DNA from: Flectonema sp. DT1601
Lineage: Eukaryota
Direction: 5' to 3'
Assembly (NCBI GenBank): GCA_964019425.1
Contig: OZ025797.1
Coordinates: forward strand, 682,001-746,000
DNA length: 64,000 bases
A program made the translations under genes and the position numbers. The notes beneath the pieces were generated by a model. The model worked only from the letters and a program-made list of their open reading frames with translations, ran no database searches and had not been told where the DNA came from. This document shows positions 39,161 to 50,350 of the stretch, one piece after another; within the stretch, counting starts at the first letter, position 1; every line of letters begins with the position of its first letter.

Positions 39161-39454
39161 TTAAATTTCATATTTAAAATACGGGGAGTAATAATTTAAA
39201 AAATAATTTTTGACAAAAAGAAATAAACTACGAATTTCCATCAAAGAAATTCTCTGTTCCGATGGGACCTGACGTTCTGATTAGCACTGTTCATGCAGTG
39301 TATTGCCAATTATTATACTACAAAACATTTAGCGTATATTTCTCAGTATCAACAATGGATAGTGAAGCGTAGTGAATGATCGCTGCTGTTGGCTTCTGTT
39401 CGGAGTAAAGTCATATTTTCCCCTACAGGCATTCACCCACTCCGTCACTTCAAA

Positions 39455-40076
39455 ATGGGATGCGTTAACCGTACTAACAACAAGAGAGGAAGAGCACATT
39501 CCAGGTTCTCACCAAGTACCGCGAAGCCGTACTGCCCGTCCCCAGGCCTAATGAGTTGTGACGGTCTAAGTGACAGTGGATCAAGTGGGTGCACACCGAA
39601 ATTGATTGGTTCCAGCCCTGCGTTGTCTACACCAGGATGTAACGCAATGGCAAGACCATTCATTCCGTTGGCTCAGCAGCTCTCTTTGGGAGACACGAAG
39701 AACAACAGTAACAACAAGTCTTTTAGCCTCCAGGAGATGTTACAGCTGAGCAAGACACCATCTGATATCGCACTGGGTTCAGATGTTCCGTGTGAGGTTC
39801 TTTCGGAGGAGGCCCCGTACTGGGTAGCAGCAGCATTAAAGACTGTGGCCGCCAGAAATGATGATATTGCTTCCAACTCATCTGACGAACTGTCTGCAAC
39901 TACTCCACCGACTGACAAACCACTTGAAAGTGCTCCACTTACATTTATGAACTTCATGAAGTCAAGAAAGCCACAAAAATTGACAAAGAAAGATGCTTCC
40001 GTTAAGGTATAGTTTTTATTACTCAAGTGTTCAATTATAACAAAACAACAAGGACTTCGTGCCTTTGCGTCAGTAG
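39455..40076 (+). CDS. Hypothetical Ser/Pro-rich protein (~191 aa); probable exons 39455-40006 and 40053-40076; two PAM2-like motifs
   Basis: The ATG at 39455 follows the pyrimidine-rich acceptor ttttcccctacAG. A candidate 46-nt intron gtatag...caacaag gives a C-terminus ASVKDFVPLRQ*. Motifs CNAMARPFIP and KDASVKDFVP resemble LnxxAxxFvP. Confidence 0.55.
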
Positions 40077-43000
40077 TAATAAAAAACGCAAAACAGGTAA
40101 CGCAGTCAGTTGCTACTTGTGCTTAATAATTTAGATGGAAGCCTTTAGCTGTCTTGGCTCACAAGTATTGCTACCTATCTTCGCATTTTAGCAAATGCAT
40201 TTGCAATTATATGTACTTCTTATTTCTGTTATATCCGCTTTAAATGCTTGTATCTCATCAGATATTTGCGTGTGTCAAATTCCATTGTTGAATGAGTTTA
40301 TATCTTTGTCTTGATGTATTGTTACTAGGAGATAAAGGTTTCTGATTTCTAATTATGGGATGATGCGTGCATTGACGTAGGTGATGGAGCACAAATTCTA
40401 TGTCGAGCTAGAGTTTTTATAAAGGAAAAAAAAAAGTGAACAAATGAATAAATGAAAAAGGCCCGCAAGGGTCATTGGGTTTTGGGCGGTTTTTTTTTTC
40501 GAAAAAAGAAAAGTAACGTTCGCATTTTGAATAAAACAGCCTTTATCCTGTTTTTATCTGTTGGTTCACAAATAATCCTCTCTGTAATATATTAAAATAC
40601 TTAGTTTCCAAAAATGGTCAATAAGACTGTGTGGTCTTACAACTGTTACAACGCAAGTGCATTGCTGAGGCGAAAATATGGAAGAAATCTTGGTGGATTC
40701 AAGCCATGTTAACTTACCATTCAAATTATTTGATTAAACCGCAGTTTTTGGTTGAAAGGCTGAAACCTGATATATCTCTGTGTTGTGACCCTTTTCCCTG
40801 AAGGGCACCGGCGGTAGTTCGAGGACTGTTCTGCTTTAAATTACCTTCGTTGATTGCCCGCGGGGGGGAGGTTCGCAATTGCAGAACAAAAAATAATAAT
40901 AAAAAGAAATTAGACATTTTTGAACAAAAAAAAAAAAAAAAAAAAAGAAAAAGAAAAAGAAAAGAACTTTAAAAGAAAAGACTGACAAAGTTTAAAAGGA
41001 AAGTAAAACACCCCTTGTACCATTTCCCGAGTTTCTTTCTTTTGCTCCCCGTTTGCTCCTTCGGAATTACTGCCATTGAAAACTCTTGATTTCCTCTAAA
41101 TACGAATAGACAGGTGTGAGGTATTTTCTCGTCTGGCAGTTTTTCGCAGCATCATTTCTGCCCCCCCCCATTTCTTATTTATTTTCAACTTCAGCGACAA
41201 AAGAGCTGTATTTGGGCAGCTATCAGGTTAGGTAGCAAATCAATAACAAGAAAGGGATTTTTACCCTAGTGCCATGGCACTCTTGGATTCGACTATGCAC
41301 CTAACGTGACTCGATGCTGTCCCAAAAGCGTCAGGACAGGTTCCTGTCATCCCTGGGCCTTTCTTTCTTCCTGCTAAGTTTATTTTCTCTTTCTTTGTTA
41401 GAGGGGAATAAAAAAATATAAACAAACACTTGGATATTCCACTTTTTATTTTCTTTCAGGAGGGCGCACTAAATTCATGTTTTACTAACTAACTAACTAT
41501 GTTTTATTATTACAAAGTTGTTCCCTCTGTTCCAATAACATTAGACAAGCGCACTCGATTACAATCCTTGCAACGCCTTGATTCGCATGTTCTCACATAG
41601 TTGTGCTCTGTAATCAAAGCAGAGTAAGGTTGGGATCGGGATGCCGTGATTGGAAGTGTGAAGAAAATCTTCCGTCACCTGTTCTTCTCCCAGTCACGAA
41701 TTTCCCCTAGACGTTTCACACACTAAAAAAAAAAAGAAAAGATTTTAAACAAACGAATTCGTTCACAGTCCACACTCATTTTCTCGTGATTCAAAACTAA
41801 TTATAAACTCTTTTTATGAAGCTTCCTGGACGACAACTAATACTACAGTAACAAGTCCAGTTAGCTGTGCAATCTTTTCTTATTATTAAACTTGATTGAG
41901 TTCGAGTATTCAGAAAATAAAGTTTTAAGGGAGCGAGAAACCAAATAAGTTAATCGCTGCCGCCCTGTGCCAAAAAAATAAAAAAAAATAAAGTAATTAA
42001 ATAAAATAAAGCAGTAACAGACATCCTAGTTGAGGTACCCCTGATTGATATGTTGTAGTGCAGGTGCCAATCGTGCATTTCCCTTCCCGCATGATATCTG
42101 GTATTATTTATTTTGTGATGGGATTGAATGAGTTGCTGTCAGTCCCAGTTGTTGAAAGAGTGTACCTTGCTTCAAGACACACTAAAAAAGAACTGCTTTT
42201 TTTTTTTTTTTTGTACGTAACTATTTTTTCTATCTGAAAATACTTTTTTACTATTTTAACGGCATTTTCATGGTATTTTTTACTTGTTTTATATAAAAAA
42301 AAAAAAATAGTAGATAGTCCCTTTTTTCCCCTACTCCTGGTTTGTGTAAGCTAATGAACATTGTGAAGTTACTTGTAGTACGTGTTCCCTTTGTTATATA
42401 AATTTCAACAAAGTCCTCAGCGACCTGTTGAACCCTTTAGAAAATTAAAAAAAAGGTGAGAAGCAAATTGGTGCGTCCTCCAGAAGAAGTGTTCTTTTCC
42501 TTGATTCTCCCTCATTCACACCAAAAAAAAAAAAAAGCTTTAAAAAAAACAAAAAAAAAACCAAAAACAACTAACCTAAAAAACGAAAATAAAAATAATT
42601 GAAACAAAATAAAGCTCAAAAAAAAAAAAAAAAAAAACACACAACACACACACACACACACTTGTAATGAGCCAACAAGCTTTTTTACTCGTAGTATGGT
42701 ATAGCATTGTTATTTTATCGTATTTTTATTTATTTTTTGTCTACCTGCATGTTTGTTATGCAGTGTTGGCTTGAGAGAGTGATACCAAATTCCCATCCCC
42801 TTTCTTTCTTTGGATCCCTGTTGTTATTACGAACAAGGATGTTAGCTGACGGCAACTGTTGATGCAGTAAGAAGTTTCATTCTTGCGCTGGAAGAAAAAA
42901 AAACAACATTTTTTTTTTTTTTTTTTTTTTTTTTGCACTGGCTTCCTTGGAAAGTAGGTTCCTCCGTGCGCGATTTAATTATAATTGTGACTAGAGTTTT

Positions 43001-45374
43001 GTTGCCTGAACTGTTTCTGTGTGTGATTCGAAATAACTTCGAAACATTATCAGAAATACGCGACATGATTTTTAAGCAACACGGCATTTGGAAAATTGGC
43101 AATAGAGTCTAAAAGAAAAAAGAAAGACGTAAAGCTCTATGTGCCCAGCAGCATACTACTGTTGTTTGGTACTTACTGTAGGCGGGAAAACACTTGTGCG
43201 GGAAATTCGTTATATTCTTCCCCGCGTATCCCGGTCATTGGATTTCTGCGTACAGTGATTGCTTTGCGGTCCAAGTGATGGTATCGTTTTTTTCCCCACC
43301 TTTATAGCATAGTGATACGGGATCGCAAAAGCTCCGTTTCCTGACTGACTAAAGCATTTCGTTTCCAAAGAGGAAACACTAAATATTATAGTCGTATTAA
43401 GTTAGACTTGTGCACGCAGTGCTCCGCCCCCATTCTCTTTATTTCTTTCTTGTCTTTAAAGTTTGCATATTGGCATCAGGAAAAATAATGATCGAAAGGA
43501 GAGAAGAGCACAGTACCTTCACTATTTTTTTAAAAGTGGTGTTGGAACAAGAATAACTGTTATGAGGTAAGGGTATGCAACCCTCCTCATTCTAATTTAT
43601 AGATCTCAAAAGAAAAGTGATGGGTGAAAGTGTTTTACCTTGTTTTTCTTTCTTTTGCCTTTGCCCCGACAAGAGTTTCTTTGGGTTCACTTTTACCTGA
43701 AAGAAACGAAGTAATCTCAAAAGGGAAGAGGTCGACTACAGCTGTGGTCGGGATTACATTGTGAGAATATCCTGAGAATTTAACCCTTCTTGGCTGTCTT
43801 ACTTTTTAGTATAGCTTGTGTCAGTTCTTCGCTAATTGAAGTCGCTGATATTTGCGCGACTCCAGTTTGGACATGTCTCTTTTTTTTTTTTTTTGTCCAG
43901 ACTGTCGTCTTTGTTTATTTTATAGCATTGCTCGTATTCCCACACGTCCCCCCCCCCCCCCACCCTCCCCGTGACTTGTTACCTTGCGAAGACAGATTCC
44001 TTAGAGAACTGCAAAAAAAAAAAAAAAAAATAAAACAAGAAAGAGAGTATGAGACATTACAAAAAAAAATCCTACAACTGGCAAGAAGCAGCCTGACCAG
44101 AATTTGGTATTGGGTTGTTGTAGAACCGAGGGATGAGGGATTTTTCTGCTTTTTTTCATTGTCACTCTTTTCAAAGAGGAAAATAAAGAGAGTAATAAAA
44201 AAAAACTCGTATTCGCCCCTTTCAGTGTACTCGCTCTTGCTATTGCGACTAGTAGAGATAACGAAAGTAAATAAATAGAAAATTTCCCATTTTTCCCTTC
44301 TCTGTCCCCGTTTCTCGCGTTGGTTTAAAACGTCGTATTTCGCTTCGTCACTCGAATTGGTTTGATGCAAATTGAGATAGCCAGCCTTCAGATATCATTC
44401 ATACAGTGTTCCGATTACTGTAAGATAAATATCTTAATTTATACAAAAAAAAAAATAAATAGTTTTGCTTCTCCTGTTGAATGAAGTAATTAAAACTGGT
44501 CACCTGTTTTAACTTATTTAATTATTTACTATGTCGATTGTGTAATGATTCTAATAAAGAGATTTTACGAAGATTCTATTGATTCTCCTGTTCTTCAGGT
44601 CAGCAGGAGAAAACAAGAGAACGAACAACTGACTTTTCATGATACGAGACGTCAGAGTGTAGCGATTATCGTGTAAGCATTTGCTTAATATTTATAACAT
44701 ATGTGAAAATGATGAGCGTGTTTGGCAATGTCGACCACATAAATAATAAGAAGACTTGTCAATTAATTATCGCGATTCTCATATTTTCCTTTGTTTTCTT
44801 CCCCCCTCCGCTACTTTCTTTTTTTTTCCATTTCTTTTCCTCTGTACAGGGGCTTCGATATCGATACCCTACAGAAGGGAAATGTTTTTTTTTTTTTTTT
44901 CCTGTTCTTTTTTCACTCATAGTTTTTTTTTAAAAAAAAATAAAAAATAAAAGAAGCAATCAGCCTGTATTGGCTGTTCACTTATATAACAATACGTGCG
45001 ACAGCAAACTGAGTCTGGTTCTCACTTTCTTTTTTTGTAGCATCGCAGCAGAGCTGTGACGCAATTATAGCATTTCGTTGATTCTTTATGTCAGAGCACT
45101 TTGGAATTAATTTATTTCCCTCAATTAAATGTGATTAGAAAACACATTTCTTTGTTTCCCCTGTTCCCAGCCCTGTGTATCCTCGTTTGAAGTAATGTAG
45201 CAGGGAAGTGTAACTAACATACTGGTTGTGTTTGTTTGATTGTTTTTGAATGACGCAAATGTACATTCCGTTCTGTGATGTTGTGGTCCTGATGAAATTC
45301 TTAAGAATAAGAAGTTATTTTTTCTTTTTTTCGTAGATTTTAAAGGCAATCAACAGCAGCGGAGAGAAGATTTA

Positions 45375-45375
<1 letters not shown>

Positions 45376-45405
<30 letters not shown>
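45376..45405. repeat. (AAC)n microsatellite
   Basis: About 10 consecutive AAC units. Confidence 0.9.
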
Positions 45406-45782
45406 TGTGTAGATACGTTTAAATTTTCGAACGGTTTATTTTTTCTTTTCTTTCTCCCCCTTTGTCTTTTTCTTTTATCGAGGTAACCTGAGAGAAGGAA
45501 GATAGTAACAATTTAAAACATGATTGCGGATTCTACACCAACTTCAAGCTAGTCCGCCCCACGTATTTCACAAGGGAAATGAACGGAGTGTTCGTAGTTT
45601 CTTAAGTTTACTGCTTCTACCGACCTTATTTAAGGTTTCCCCACCCCCCCCATCCACTTAAAGCATTGCAGTATCAAATTACCCCCATTCTGCGAACTAG
45701 CAATTATTGCTAGTAACTTTTATTAAGAAATGTTCATTTTTATTTATTCTATAGAAATTGTTTATTTCTTGACGATACCATG

Positions 45783-45944
45783 AGGTGAAACCTACACTCT
45801 GCCGTATTACATTATACCCTGGTTTTGGTTTCCCAGGGCTCACGATTAATTCGTAATTGAATAACCCGATTCCGTACTGCACTGAATGGCAACACGGAAA
45901 AAGAGATGTGTATGCAGCTAAGTTAGAAACATTTATTATAATGT
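45783..45944 (+). repeat. Partial, more diverged third copy (5' half) of the ~350-bp dispersed repeat
   Basis: aggtgaaacctacactctgccg...catttattataatgt matches ~34364-34525 with a few substitutions. Confidence 0.9.
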
Positions 45945-46113
45945 TGAACCTGTACATCATTTGCAGAGTGTTAGCCTGTAGTAATGTTATTAGTCACTTG
46001 TGTCACTTGTGTCATGGGTTTTTTAATTTCATTATTTAGCTTTGATTCTAACACGGATATTTATGTTCGTATGAAGCTAATCAAATCCCCCATCCTGTTA
46101 CCTCGTTTATGTT

Positions 46114-46144
<31 letters not shown>

Positions 46145-46785
46145 GTGTTCTCATCCCTCCCCTTATTCTACTTTAGGCTCTCCAAGAAATTGTATTCACA
46201 TAATCCGATTAAATAAATAGGTAAGTTGATAGTTCCTTTATACCTGACATCATTAGACAACAGAAGGCTGTTGTTGATGTTCTTTTCTGAACCAGACAAG
46301 CAAAGTTCAATTGCGGCGATCAACAGAGATGTTGTTTTTTTTCCCCCCTTTTTTGTATTATCGCTTACTGAGAGGCGGGTTCCTTAGCGTTAAGTAATCT
46401 AAAAAAAAAAACAAAGCAACCTACGTAAAGATAAAGCTAAGCGAGATACTTCTTGTATCCATTCTTCCCTACTAATGTCTTTAGCTGACCTTTGAATTTG
46501 CCACTAAAAGCCATTCATTCGCCTTTTGTCTTGTCCTCCCTTTCACAGCACACCCACTGGCGTTCTCTGAGACGCTCCTTTTGCACTTTACATATTCTGG
46601 AGAGGAAACTAAAAAAAATGAAATGTTTCAAAGGGACTGATGACAGTAATTAACTTTCTAAAAAAACAGGAGCCACTCTTTAATTGGTGGGGATGTGGAT
46701 TGTAAATTTCTAAAGGCAGTTGTTGAGTTTACTACTTTGCTTCATTGATGTTTTATTTTCCTTCTTCAGAACAACAAAACTTATT

Positions 46786-47196
46786 ATGGAAGTCGCAGTA
46801 GGTATCAATCCGACACATGATGAAGCGAACCTTCCAACCCAGAGCGAAGTGGTACAGAACCCAGCTGTTGGAAGTACAGAATGGCTTGCTCAACACCTAG
46901 TTCGTATAAGTGCTGGCAGGAGACCCCACCTGACTATTAATGATCTTCAATTCAGAGATGGGAAGATAATTGTTAAAGGAGATCCGAGGATGATTTTTTA
47001 CGTCGAGCTGTCGAGACTACATAACACCATTCTTATTATAGCATCAACCGTGTTCTTTATCCTTTATTCGACGACCGAGAAAGAACTTTACTTATTTCTT
47101 GGAATCTCCTTGGTTTCTGCTTCCTTGGTAATAGCGCTTTTTACATGTCTTGTGTGTCCTGCGAAGGAGGAATATTGTGCTTCAGAATTCCTTTGA
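46786..47196 (+). CDS. 136-aa two-TM protein; internally deleted and truncated paralog of the neighbouring P-type ATPase (N-terminal motif + M1-M2)
   Basis: GSTEWLAQHLVRISAGRRPHLTINDLQFRDGKIIV aligns with ATPase GSSAWIDDELIRLNGERQGKQPLTKDDVEFKDGKLVL. MIFYVELSRLHNTILIIASTVFFILYSTTEKELYLFLGISLVSASLVIALFTCL aligns with MRFLHEFTGPFTLLLIAGSIMCFVAYGIDTSSPENLYLGIVLILVVFITSTFTFL. Acceptor ttccttcttcAG lies just upstream of the ATG. Confidence 0.72.
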   Translation: MEVAVGINPTHDEANLPTQSEVVQNPAVGSTEWLAQHLVRISAGRRPHLTINDLQFRDGKIIVKGDPRMIFYVELSRLHNTILIIASTVFFILYSTTEKELYLFLGISLVSASLVIALFTCLVCPAKEEYCASEFL

Positions 47197-47570
47197 GACA
47201 CTTTGATGTATTTACCCATTCCTTCTTATCTTTAACGTGTTGACTACATTCTTTCTTGTCCTTAGCACACTAGACTATCTCTGGATAACCTGCAGCCGGT
47301 TAAACTGCCGCATTTAATTTTAATAACAATTTACGAATCTCTCTCGCTTATGATAGAATTTCTGGTAATATTCTTTTTTAGTCTTTTATTTGTGCGCTCT
47401 GCTAATCTAACTAATTATCTTTTTCTGTGTACGTTGACAAAATTGATGCAAAAGAGAGTTTAGTGTCTTTTTTTTTTAATTTTTAATTTTTAATTTTTTT
47501 TTTTTTTTTTTGGAAACCTTCCTCACAATGTGATTAGGATAAACTGTGATTACTTAATAAATAATCTTAA

Positions 47571-49315
47571 CCCTTACACCACCGTAAGAACCCCCAAAAC
47601 AACGGGTCCAAAATTTTACTGTTTTTTCAAAAAGAGAAAAGGTACCCCCCCAGAAAACCTATGTACCAAACCGGACACAACTACTCCTACAGGTCAATAG
47701 CACCTGTCACCCACACACCTAACGGTGCGTACCTTGGTGCGTTGTTGCACATTCAGCAGAACTAACAAAGTCGGCAGTGTCGCAATAACGTGCTCAACGG
47801 TTTCCATTCATAGCAGCTGCATGTTATTCCCTTCCTGTATTTTGAAAGGGATGATGTTTCTGCGCAACATCATGCCAGAGGGAGCCCAAGTAAAGAGAAT
47901 GCCAAATCACGGCCGATATTAAATCGAAAAATCAGATTTCCCCCCTGTTTTTTGAGCTTGTAAAAGCCCTCTGTGGTAGCGGAAAATACGCAAACAACCT
48001 GCATCATGGCACAGCAGGTTCAGACACACAGGAAGATTACCGCATCGGGGTTGATGAGCTCGAAAAATATAAATAACATCGATCCCAGATCATGGAACTT
48101 CATTAGTAACAGTGCAGCTACTCAGATCAGACCGTGTTGGGCTGGATTTATAAACTTCCACCTCTTTACCCCACCAGCCTGGCATACTGGATTTTTGGGA
48201 AGTTGGCGGTTTAGGAACATCACAAGGAATTTTGTAGTTTTGGAGGATGTGATACCTTTTGAAATATGGGTAAGCACAAAGCGCTTGGTTGCATCGCTCA
48301 CAGTAATCTAGTGATTGTGCGCGCTTTGCGCGAACTGCACACCGACGAGCCTTTTCCATCTTTCCGGGGTAGTGTCCCAAAGCTGGCTTGAGGCGATCAG
48401 GGATTGATACTGATTGTGGAGAAGGCGGTACTGATGGTGTTATTAATAGTGTTGGTGCCGCTCTGGTACGTTTAAATGTACCTATAAGCTGCCCAAAACA
48501 AAGCCAATTTGAAGGATAAGAATCTCTTGCTTCTCCAACCAGATTCACTACTATCCGTCCAAATTCCACCATGCCCACGTCGCATCAGGATAAAGGAATT
48601 CAAAATACACGTCTCCACTTCGGATCCTCATGCTCGGGAGCAGGTAATATCGCAGAGAAGTGTAAGTTCCTCAGTATTTAAGCAAAGCGATTACGTGAAA
48701 ACACTTGCGGAAAGAACAACAAGGGGGTCAACAGCATGTCATTCAAACCCCAGGAATCCCCCAGGTTAGATTTTATTGGGAGGCGCGTCAGTAGTGTTGT
48801 GCCAACAAAGGCCCTTCGCTCCTGTGTGTACTGGTTTTAAATTTTCTTCCCCTCTGTGAGGCATAGACCTCAGAGTTTTTCTTCATCAGCTGGAAAACTG
48901 ATTATCCGAAGAAAAACTCAAAAACCTGCAGCTCCGACTTGCGTGCAACTCTAATCTTTAACGTTTCTTGGAAACGCGTTTTTATTCTTGGTAACCCTTG
49001 TTTCCTCTCCCCGTTTGGGGTCAGATACTTCGTCAAGTGACGAATCGGAGCACACCGACGATGGATTAACAAATACTGTTGCATCCTCATCAGAACTGTG
49101 GACCGACATATTTCCCAAGTTGATTTTGGCCAGCTTTAGCAAATGGAAAATTTACCATTTAATAAAAACTATTGCGGCGCAACACGTAAGGAACATAAAA
49201 GACATCGCAATAATACCTCTCCCGTGAAATCGTTGTACTCAGAAATGCAAAATTTTCACTTAGCAAAAAAAAATTTTTTTTTCAGACTGATATATCAGCT
49301 CCGGTGGTGTAAGGG
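47571..49315 (-). mobile_element. piggyBac-superfamily transposon, internally deleted and non-autonomous (1745 bp)
   Basis: TTAA target-site duplication (47567-47570, 49316-49319). Perfect 14-bp TIR CCCTTACACCACCG / CGGTGGTGTAAGGG. Transposase relic on the minus strand. Confidence 0.92.
48090..49109 (-). pseudogene. piggyBac transposase remnant
   Basis: Acidic Ser-rich N-terminus (MSVHSSDED...). C-terminal Cys-rich domain HYPGKMEKARRCAVR...YCERCNQALCAYPYFKRYH is typical of piggyBac. Stops and frameshifts lie between them, and the span is too short to hold a full DDD catalytic core. Confidence 0.8.
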
Positions 49316-49597
49316 TTAACATATATTACAATATATTCCCTCCTTTCTTCTCACTGAAACACAATTGTTTTCTTTTGATTAACAACTACAAATGTTTTTT
49401 TTTCAGTCGAGTATTTGATATTAATAACTCTGTTGAGTTGTTAATATTTTTACGGTTTTCCCCATTCTATGGTAAAATATGAAACAAACTCAAGCAGCAT
49501 TCCTATTTTATTATTATTCTCCCATATTTCGTTTCATTTCACTTTCTCATTTCCTATTCTCGTTTTAGCCAGTTTCAAGTCGCTTTCCATTTAATAT

Positions 49598-50222
49598 TAG
49601 TATCAAAGTTCCCCCCCCCCCAATTTTTTGAGCTTGAAAATGCAGTATCAAATTACCCCCCCCCCCCCAATTTTTTGTGCAAAGACCTGCAGTATTCTTC
49701 CCAGATAAATCTTTTCGTATCGTATCAAAGGTCCCCCCCAACCTTTAGTCACTGTATCTAAAACGAATGCTAAATTATCGTTATGTTGTTTATGATAAAG
49801 CACAGTTGTAATTTTTACAAAATCGAACATACATCCCCCCAACCATTATCACAGTACAAGTGAACCTTTAGTCACTGTATCTCAGAATTAATGTTAAATT
49901 ATCGTTATGTTGTTTATGATGCAATACATTTGTATTTTACGTACAAACTCTAACAGTTAACCCCAACCATTATCACAGTACAAGTGCATGATTGCTGCGA
50001 TACATTGTGGGTGTCTTTTTTAGTCATTTCTTATTTTGGTACCGAAAATGTCTTAAGATGTGATGTGTGCGAATTTTCCATGTACACAAGCCTGACTGAA
50101 AGGTTATTTGGGTAATTGTTTTGTAAGCCAATCCGACAATACGAAAGGTCACTTACTTCTGGTTATGTCTCTTCTAGCCGCAATTCGTATTTTACGTACA
50201 AACTCGAACAGTTAACCCCCCC
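49598..50222 (+). repeat. Locally duplicated upstream region of the ATPase containing 3' parts of the ~350-bp dispersed repeat
   Basis: acctttagtcactgtatct...cccc occurs at 49741-49840 and 49864-49964, and gtattttacgtacaaactcgaacagttaacccccc at 50187-50222. Three gtatcaaa...poly(C) motifs lie in 49600-49740. Confidence 0.85.
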
Positions 50223-50350
50223 GTCAGATCTAATATATTTAAACTAATCTCTTACCATTATTATTTAAATGAATAATCCAACACTTGTGTACCTAAATCA
50301 TTTCACCCCATCAGACGAAGAAGTTGTTGAACCCATAAGAATAACATATT

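Noticed and set aside
40100..45600. Short ORFs and tRNA-like GTTCG motifs in the long intergenic region
   Set aside because: The ORFs are dominated by poly-K/poly-F from homopolymers, and no cloverleaf could be built.
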